Made by a program: the position numbers and the translations under genes. A DNA stretch of 64,000 nt from Raillietiella orientalis (taxonomy: Eukaryota): positions 1,860,001 to 1,924,000 of the forward strand of contig JAYWIR010000028.1 in the NCBI GenBank assembly GCA_036172245.1, given 5' to 3'. Below are positions 55,010-64,000 of this stretch, piece by piece. Position 1 is the stretch's first letter. Every line of letters starts with the position of its first letter. Below the pieces are notes generated by a model. The model did not search any database. It was not told the DNA's origin and worked only from the letters and a program-made list of their open reading frames with translations.

Positions 55010-55400
55010 GCTTCTCAGAAGAAAGCTGCGACGCTCAGTTTTCCAAAAGGGAAGAAATGCAGAACACCCACATCTACCCACTGTTTGCTGATCGAAAGGA
55101 ATTTCTCGGGAAGACTTCGGGTGACCCATGGATCGGATCACATGGCGTGGATGCTACTCGGAACAACGGAAGACGCACGGTAGTTCACAGCCATGGACAT
55201 GGATGAAAGGCGTGCACGCTGACTTTCGATGCAAGAGTGGACTTTAGTAAATCAGATCTCCTTCCCCATCACAGCTCATTCCCATCTCAAAAGGAAACCT
55301 TGCGAAGATTTGGAAGATACCGGAAGACTCGATTTGGTTCTCCTAGACGTGCAAAAAAGAACAGTGATGCTCTCTGGAATTCAGATTCCCGGCTGGATTC
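55010..55400 (+). mobile_element. Possible relic of an R2/R4-type restriction-like endonuclease domain
   Basis: A C...E...HI region followed by GRLDLVLLDVQKRTV..IQIP (RPD.V..D...K-like). Confidence 0.3.
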
Positions 55401-57099
55401 TTCCACCAGAAGCACCAGCGTGAGATTTCGATGAAGTTTTCGTAGAGTTGGCTGTCATCTCCAAAGAGGGGCTATGATAATCACTGTTTATGTGTCTTAA
55501 GACAGGTGAAGACACAGTGCAAAAGACAGAGTTTTGCGATCAGAGACAGACACACACACACACAATCAGCGAAAACAATTACTCGTTCTGTGTACTTAGA
55601 ATAGCAGCCTTTCGATTCTTATAGAGCTCATCTCCTTCGGCAATGTTTTCTCGTGATTGGTTCTTGCCGCACACCCGCTGTGAAGACCTGCACTCTTACC
55701 ATTTTCCCAGAAACGAGAGAAAGCTGCCTAGATATGCTGATGCTTTCTAAACAAGGCAAGCATTCGTGGAAACGGTAGTTATATCATGGAAGATAACTTC
55801 ATCCTCAAGCACATTGGCGAATGAAATGCAACTCCTTTTTGTACAGCATATTGATTTCATGATGCCCGCGCAATTCCAGAAGGTATCCCTCCCCAACTTT
55901 GCGCGATGCTACCTCAGAAAGCCTTTTGCACAGAATAGAGCAGCAGATGAGGGGAAGGTTTGTCAGTCATGCAAATTTTCATTGAGTGGGCTGCCGCCTT
56001 CAATGGAAGACAGCGTGTGAGAGCAAAAACTGAACCGGGGTAGTCCTCGAACCAACCAAGGAGACCGAAATCAGAACCCATCACACCCACTCAAAGGTTC
56101 TTGGGGTCTCACTCATCACATTCCATCGGGAACTTCCGAAGATAAAACTTCGTCCGTTGGAACTATCCATCTCTGTTTGCTCCCCTGAAGGCAATCAAAC
56201 CAAATCACCGTCATTCTGTTTCACCTTTTCCGAATTTGGATAAGTGCTCGCATAAAAAGTACAGACTTCTCATCATTTGCATCATTACTCGTTAAAAGAT
56301 ATTTTGAACCCCGGGTGTACATGTGGGTGCAGACATATCTACATCGATACGCGCCAAGTAATATATACCTATTAGCTTATAAATCAATTGTAAATGTTTT
56401 TGTGAGGGCTACTGAGAGATTCTCCATGAGCCGGTTGCCCGATCGAGTGCATTGGATTGAAAGTATACCTGCAGTTGGAGTAATGTGATTTATTTTCACT
56501 CTGAAGCCACTGAGTTACTCTTTACTGCTCAACGAAGCGAACGCCAGTTCAGAACTCCATCGAAATGCATCAAACAGCATCTCTCCAGGAAATGCAAGAC
56601 GCAGGATGAGAAGAAATTCTCTTCCAGAGGAAAAAGCAATTTTTCGAAGATCCTCCTTGGATGAACCGTAATCGTTGATAACGGGTGAAATCTCTCCCAC
56701 CCACTACAGGCTATCTCCGAATTCTCTCCCTTGACACTGAAGGCAAAGGAAGGTTGCAAGAGAAAACGAATGTGCATCCTTCTGAGAGAACAGCGGAAAT
56801 CAGAAAGCTGGATCGTTTTCGAAATCAAATTAGTCGTTCAGCAAAACGCACATTCAAAGAGTGGTTGTTCGTGGACGTCACTGATAGTTACCCACGAGCG
56901 TTCGTTATCAGATGTTGCCAGCTTCCGGGAGGGTGCATAAAGGGCATGAATGAAACTTGGTATTACTTGCTCGATAGCTCGGGAAGACCTGACGCTGTTC
57001 TAAATGGTTCGGAAAAGCAAAAGTAATCACTGCACATTTTCCTTCTCGTGCAATCTGCACGGGAAAGGGATCCTCCCAGGACTTTGGTCTGGAAGCCAA

Positions 57100-58500
57100 G
57101 TCAAGGAACACGAAGTGCACTGTTCTCGGGAATCTCTGATGGCTCTAGGCAAAAGCACCTAGCTGAAGAAGACATAATGCAGAGCAGCCGGATTTTTCGA
57201 CACACAAGGAAAATCGTATCAGTTCGGAAGCATGTTTGCTCCAGTGTCTCTGGGTCTGCAATAAGAAACGTTCCTGTGACGATCTTCCAAATTAGGGGTA
57301 AGGTTTCAGATGCAGAGCGTGACGAACGGTGAACGTTGATACCAGCAGGCTGTGGAACAAAAGCAGCCGATGCGTGTGCCTTGCTGAGTTTCTTCATTCG
57401 TGGGCATCACAGCATACTTTCGTTTTCAGTGCTCTGATTGCCCCTCGTCCATTAAGAACCACACCCTTTCGAAACTCCCTGTTCCGACTCCGTCTTCTGC
57501 CTCATGCAGTTTTTCATCTGCACGCCAGGCTTCCAGTGATCTTGCTGAAAAATATCGTCGCGCAAATCGTTTCTGCCACAATCACGGCTCATCAATGATA
57601 AGCTCGCAAATTTTTGCAGCTGCATCAATTAGAAGAAAGAAACAAAAAAACCACACTGCTGTATGCATCGCAAAATCTAAGGCACAAAAGTATGTTCCGA
57701 TATACAGCTTTTTAAAGTGCTCCTCAGAGCACGCAGATGAACCTCAGAAGATTATTGTGCATGTGATAGCAAGCAGGATGACGTACTTGGATATAGAATT
57801 CTGCTCTTAGAATACTGGGCATTTTTCGTACGCAGTAAACAACTCGGTGAAAGCTTTTCCGAAAAAGGGGACAAGATCCTGGCTTTTTCACATTGTGGAC
57901 AAGAGCATCTTGAACTCTCTCTAGGAAAATTCCAACACGTGTCTTGGGCGCACTTCGGCAGGAATTTTTGGACAGTGCACGAGGTTCTACAACGTGAGTG
58001 GAGGAATTGGAGCAGGGTCTACGAAAAAGATGATTGATAAGCATCCTCAACGTCATAAAGGCGAACGAGTTGAAGAGTTCTTGTGGAAAAGTCTTTCCGC
58101 GTGTTTTCCTAACCATGGTTCCCAAGAAGCAAATTGCTCCCATCCGAGTTGCTTTTGCTCGAAGAAAGTGGCGGCTCGAAGTTGCTGCTGGCGAGGAATA
58201 ACTTTGGTGCTGACGGAATTCCGATGAACGGAACTCGTAAAATTGAAGGAAAGCGTGAACTGATGCATTTCCATATCTTTGAGGCAACTTCGATTTCGGA
58301 GTAAGTCGAACCGAATGCGGATCGAGTGAGAGAGGATGCCCGACACAGTTTAGGGAGCAGTTCCCAATCCCGCACTCTTCGAAAAGTGTTTTCCGTCTGA
58401 TTTCCAGAATTCTTCGAAGGGTAACTAACAAATAGGAACCGACGATTCTGTGGTCTGTGCTAGTGGGAAAAAGTATTTTAATTCTCGCCATCATTTAAGT
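57100..58500 (-). mobile_element. Decayed L1-like EN-end / linker / RT
   Basis: FPTSTDHRIV (SDH-like endonuclease end) and KKPGSCPL..SFH (KSPG.DG...FY-like) in the 256-aa ORF. Confidence 0.4.
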
Positions 58501-60599
58501 GGGCTCATTAAAAATTCCATTAAAAGATCCCATCATCCCATCCCTTCTCACAAATCCGGTATTGCTCCTTGAAACCAAGCAAGCTCAGCAACTCCTCGGT
58601 TTCTGAATGCTAACCAATCAAAATCGTTGGACATGAAAAGAACACCTTAGCCTCCTTCCTGTTAAGAACGCTGCCTGCTGCGAGCAAAAAGCTCCCCCTG
58701 TGATCAGTAACATACAGCAGTGTCATCAATGCTTGATAAAAAGTTTCAAGTTGATGCTGAAAAAAGAAAAAAAATCCTTGGCACATCGAGGCTGAAGAAG
58801 GCGTTTTTCTTGCAATCTCAACTCTTGCGAATGAGGCTGTGGCAATTTATGAACGGATTTTCATATGTAAAAGAATTTGCAACCCCATTTTGGCTTTCTC
58901 TCTTGGTATCTCTTCAATGTTTTTTTTTTTTCATCAGAGAGCTTTCCTGAGGTTAAAACTCTTCATGATTCCACTGTAGGCAAAAGACCTGAGTGTCTTG
59001 GCCAAGATCAAACCGTACACAAACTGTCCAGTGAATATCCATCATATTCCACACAATGGATGTTTGCCCAACGGTTTCACATTCCAACCAAGGTATAATG
59101 GGCAGGTAAATAGCAGAAGGTATCCGAGTGAGCAGAAACGCTCTCGTTGAAGAGCGAACCCAAAAGATGAAATGCTCAGAAAACCACACATCTTTCGAAC
59201 ACCAGCTAACCAGGTCTTGGTGCCTCGGGGATCGGTCGGAAGAATCAAAAAGAGAGTTACGAATTCGCTTTTCGAGGCGCATACAAATTCTTTCTTCTAT
59301 AGCAGTAGATGTGACTACTGCTAGAGGAGGTAATTTGGATTTGCTCAGAATGGAAGTCGGTGTCGGACAACAAGACTGCGCCTGGGTCCGATTCGAACCC
59401 AGGACCGGATCTGATGTTGCATAAGACGAATCGTTTACCCTCGAAGTCTCCTGTCCCTTTAAAAACAAGAAAGAGGCATTCGGTCTCACAAGGTCGGAAA
59501 AGCAAAAAAAAGTACCAGGAGATCGCCTTGCTGTTCACGAGAAAAGGTCTTCAGGCTCGAGTACGTGCATTCCTTGTAGGTGCGCTAGGATCGTGGGGAC
59601 CCTCGGAACGATGGAGTCATTCGTGAGCTGGGTGTCCCTTAGCAGTATGCGGGCACAATGTGGCACTCGATGGTGGTCTCATGTATCCAGAACAGTAGGG
59701 ACATCTACTGCACGCACCGTCTAGGGCATCTTCCCGATGACGCCTGCAATCTGCGGCAAGGAGCAATGGCAGGGGAGGAAGAGTTTCTCTTTTTTAACGC
59801 ATGAAGATTGAACATGGTTTGAGCGATAAGAAAAAGAGATACGGCAGAGTCATCCAGGTTGATTTTTCGTGAACTTCTCGAAATAAAATCTAGTTACATC
59901 ATAGCTACATCAGTGGATGTAACTACTGCTATTCTACAATGTAAATCTCGAGACAGAAGTTTGGGTTCCGCGAGATGTGTTAGTTCTCAGCCATCAACGC
60001 AAACTTGTAATCAACATCTCTGACTGAACAAGAGTTCAGTCAGGACAAATGGCCTAAGGAGGTGACGAGAAACCCATCCGAGGGCAGCAGCTACAAGCAG
60101 ATTTGGAAACACCGAGAGAAACATTGTGAAATGAAATTTTCTGGGAATTTTGAAATATCCATGAAATATTCTAAGAGAGAATGCGTGAAAGGCTAGGATG
60201 AACTACAATATGCAATAACGCCAAGATAAGCACAAAAGCTTATTGTTTTCTCATTTTCTCCTCCTCTCCCCCAGTTCTATCCTCCCGCCGCTGCGAAGTC
60301 GTGTCGAGAAAAGCTGCATGCACTTCCCAGATTACTTCCACTCGTTCTTCCTTCCAGTTGTCGTCTTCTTTAGTCACTTAGTTACCTTTCTAAAAAGGAT
60401 TCTGGAGAAAAGGGGAAAATGCTCTCGGAGAGACAAATCTCTTCCAACTTTTGGTTTTTCCTGCTTTTACGTCGTCCATTTGGTGTGTGGTTTGCAACAC
60501 GCGCAAAGGCTTGGGACACAATAGGGACCCTGCGGGCATGTGACACACTGGAAGTCGGTCCACTTGAGCGGGCTTTCTATTTTGCTATCGGTCCAAAAC

Positions 60600-60740
60600 A
60601 TGCTGTTGTGGATGGTTACGCCCAGCGATCTTCTTGGGGGGAAGGGCAAACCATGCCAGCCTGGTGCTCTTCATATGCAGCTGAATTGCAAGGAATCTGT
60701 GATAACATTGAAGACACCTGGAATGCCTCTGAGTAAAGCA
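60600..60740 (+). mobile_element. RNase H fragment of a retroelement
   Basis: VVDG...CSSYAAELQGI resembles DG...S.Y.AEL.AI. Confidence 0.4.
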
Positions 60741-62619
60741 GCTGCTAACGTCATGTAACTGATTTGTCCATCATGTTGGGTATGTTGCATCGCACAGGTG
60801 TAGCATCTGTAACCTTGTCTTTGAAAGATTTAGGATTACTACTGCTGAATGCATTAACGGAATTAAACTGTGCTTCTACTTAAGGTTCATTAAAACATTT
60901 AACGAATGGAAAAGGATGCTTATCTCAAATATTCACGAACGCATACAAATCTTATGATCATAAAGAATTTGCTTCTAAGCAAGCGGAATGCATCTTGGAT
61001 GCAAAAAGAACTGTCCTACAAAGCAAGAATTGATCAGACTGAGCTGATTAAAGGGTAAAGAAATCAATTCGAGTTACAGGAGGGCAAGATAAAAAGGAAC
61101 CTTTCGTGAAATGCAATTTCAACTTGTAGGGAAACCCACGAGCAAGATGGAAAAAACGTAGGGGGGTTGGATAATCTTCGTTCCTCATCAGCTGTTGAAT
61201 ATTCAAGGATTTTTTTTTCGATGGCATCACCTCAGAATCCAGAAATCAGGTCGGTATAAGAACAAAGAAACAGCAAAAAGCAGTAATCGTGGAAGGAGAG
61301 AACCGTTTCTCTTTGTCACTAAGGATTCTGCCAACAGGTTTGCAAACGACGAGGTTTCTTAACCCGCTCAGAAAAGCCAGGGGACAGAACCGCTTTCCGG
61401 GAAACTCAGTGGCACCAAGGCCACGGGCCTGGCGCCACTGAGTGGGAGCACAAAGTCCCCGCGTAAGAGAAACTGAAGGGGTTCAGAAGAATAGGTCAAC
61501 CAGCCTAGCCGCTGCAGTCCAGAATTCAGGATCTTGCAAGCGCAGTTTCCACGCTGTAGCTGCTGCGCTGATCGAGAATTTTCTGTCCAAGGATGACAGA
61601 GAAATTCAGAGTAATCTCCTCGATTTATGCGCGCACACATATAAAAGCAGAGCAGATAACGACAGGTCACTTCTGGCCACGGGTTTATCTTGCCCCAAGT
61701 AACAGCTTGAATACATAGTTAATGGAGAATAGAAGAGCAACAGGTAGTTAATCAATTGCGATGGGGCGGTTCGCCTTCGAATTACGAGCTTACAGATGAC
61801 TTCCAGTCAACAAATGAGTGTGTATTTCGTGTACGGAAACGTTCTTTTTCCCATGCCATTGCCCCCAAAACATAAGGGGGGGGGGGTCCATTGCAGTAAG
61901 CATTTTCTTTAAGCAGAAACGTCTGGCAGCTGTCCCGCAGTCATGTTTCGGAAATGAGATCCCAGGGATGGTAGGTGCCTCCATCATTCCAGAACAGTGG
62001 TGAGGCTGATAAAATGTATCAAACGGGTGGACCTGTCTGGTGGAAGGATTTGGTTGCATTTTGCAAGCAGGCCGTTTCGAGTATCTTCGATATTCGATGA
62101 CCGCGCTCTGATTGGATGGATTCTTAATTTCCGCAGGATAATGAGCGGTTGGTGTATGCAAGGAAGAATTTCAATATTTCAAAGAGTACAGAAGACTTTC
62201 GGATGCCTCTACGCCAGGTGGACGCTCAGAAATGCATGGGAGGGAAGTCCAGGGATATCGATTCTTGAAAAACGTGCTCCACCCAAGAAGCACAGTCCAC
62301 TCATATCTTTGATACCATATGTTTGAAACGAATCTTCCCGCTATGATGGATTGCGATTCCGAAGGAAATCCGGTGAGTTGATTATTTATGTACTCAGAAT
62401 CGATGCTAGAATTTCTCGGCTTCCTTCCTACGCATATGTATACACTTTTCTTTGTACTCTTTTACTGTAAAGAAAAAAAATATATCATGTTCCTGAAATT
62501 TATCGATTGAATGGATAAACTCCGTCGGAGATGACGACCACTCGTCCACATTTTGCCGTAGGGGAACGAGCCAGCTGAATTGGTTGGCATGAGGTAGCTG
62601 AGCAGGGGGATCATGGTGT

Positions 62620-63800
62620 AGAACAGATTTCGAATTCTCGATGAGGACTTTTGGTATGATGCCGCCGTTTTCCCTTGCTCGGATCCGAGGGGGGCTGTTT
62701 CCTGGGTTTTCCCTTAGGAGGGAATCGTGGAGACGGAAATGCGCGATCTGGGAAAGGAGCCACTCCTTGGGTTTCCATTGAATTTTTTTTCCCCCATGGC
62801 CGCGATGCGGAGATCAAAAATGCCGGACCCAAACCAAAGGAATCAGTCCGACGCGCACCAAAGGAACGGGAGCGATGGCGAAACATCCTTAGCAAGGCAG
62901 ATCGATTCAGGGAGGATCTCACTGTCGGCGAGTTGCGATGGTCGTATGACGTGGATGACCCCACGAAAACCTTCAGATTTCGGGGCGCACCAGAAAGGCA
63001 AGAATCAACACCCCGTTCGTGAGACGGCGTTTCCATTCCCGCCAAGAAACGATCCTTGATCGGGAATCGTCGGGAGTCGAGACTTCTCACAGGAGCTCAT
63101 CACCTGTGTTCAGTCGCATCCGGCACACTGGATAGGGACATGCCGCCACCGGTTGACCTAGGGGGGCTGAACTCACTGGCTTCCCTTCGCTATCCAATGC
63201 CATCCGACGGAATCCCCGCTTACCCATCCTCCTTTCGCGCCTGCACAACCAGGAGCGACGCAGCAACCTCTTAACTGAACTATCGGAATAAACGTCCGTT
63301 GAGAAATCTCTTTTTCAGCTCCCGTCTCGGGCAATCCTTCCGAGGTGTCCGTCGTTCCTTGCCAGCGTTGGGGGCCGTGTGGCTACGGCGGTCTCCGCGT
63401 GTGGCGCCAAGCGTCGTGGGTTCGAATCCCCACGAGGAGGGCGGACGCCGAGAAATGGGGGTTGCGTCGTGGGCTTCGAGTCTCCTCTGCATTGGTGTAA
63501 ACCAGATGTCCCCATTGACCGCTGGGATCGGAAGTTGACTCGTTGACCCTCCCCAGGTCAACTTTCAATCCTAAGCGGTTATAAGGATCCCATGGGGTCC
63601 TTCCAGGAGCCAAGGTGCCGGTACCCTTCGGAGTTCTCTTCAGAGTAGGAAACCAGTAGCGGATCCTTCCCAGGGATCTCCTCCGGAGAGAACAAGGAAG
63701 TGGTTCCCTTCGGTTCCCAAGAGTGAGAGGAACGGATTCCTTCCTCTGGAGTCTTCCTGGAGTGGTTCCTGCGAAATGACCCCCTAACTTGAAGAGTTAA
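62620..63800. repeat. Unclassified GC-rich dispersed repeat, copy 3 (longest)
   Basis: 63350-63700 is collinear with the reverse complement of 19.9-20.4 kb and with 34.55 kb. Long near-open frames exist on both strands. The left boundary is inferred from composition only. Confidence 0.7.
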
Positions 63801-64000
63801 TCCTTCGATGGTGTGGAAGAATCTTAAAGAGTTTCTCGGGTCCCCCCTACGGAGGTGAATGGTTCTTTAGCACTTGGCAAACCAAGAAAAAGAGAACCCG
63901 AACAAAATAAAGAATCTGGAAGGGAGGCAGCGGAACTGCTTCATCACGCTACGAAGACGGCCTTAGGGTGTCAGGGCTTGAGCGTCTCGATTATCTTTTC

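Noticed and set aside
59380..59404. B-box-like hairpin CCTGGGTTCGAATCGGACCCAGG on the minus strand
   Set aside because: Isolated, with no A-box or cloverleaf.
63370..63435. tRNA/SINE-like head (GTGGGTTCGAATCCCCAC T-arm/B-box)
   Set aside because: No acceptor or anticodon stem. The homologous 20.3 kb copy breaks the B-box (TTCCAAT) and substitutions follow a codon pattern.

Overview
Invertebrate (animal) nuclear DNA with very short GT-AG introns, mostly 37-75 nt. Two compact gene islands are separated by long stretches of decayed transposable elements. Island 1 (3.0-7.6 kb) holds TMEM218 (+) convergent with VPS50/syndetin (-). Island 2 (35-46 kb) holds a divergent PFKFB-family gene (+) whose bisphosphatase catalytic residues are replaced, followed by two head-to-head polypeptide GalNAc-transferase genes. 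An AT-rich, CpG-poor block at 46.4-51.4 kb has minus-strand splice signals but no long ORF. The TE-rich regions (0.3-2, 7.7-34.9, 52-64 kb) contain L1/Tx1-like non-LTR fragments (one family appears to carry two tandem zinc-knuckle modules), RT/RNase H LINE relics, a Gypsy integrase relic, a Polinton-like pPolB relic, a rearranged ATP6/COX3 NUMT, a Myb C-terminal fragment and three copies of an unclassified GC-rich repeat. All assignments come from manual translation and remembered motifs. No searches were run, and coordinates of decayed elements are approximate.
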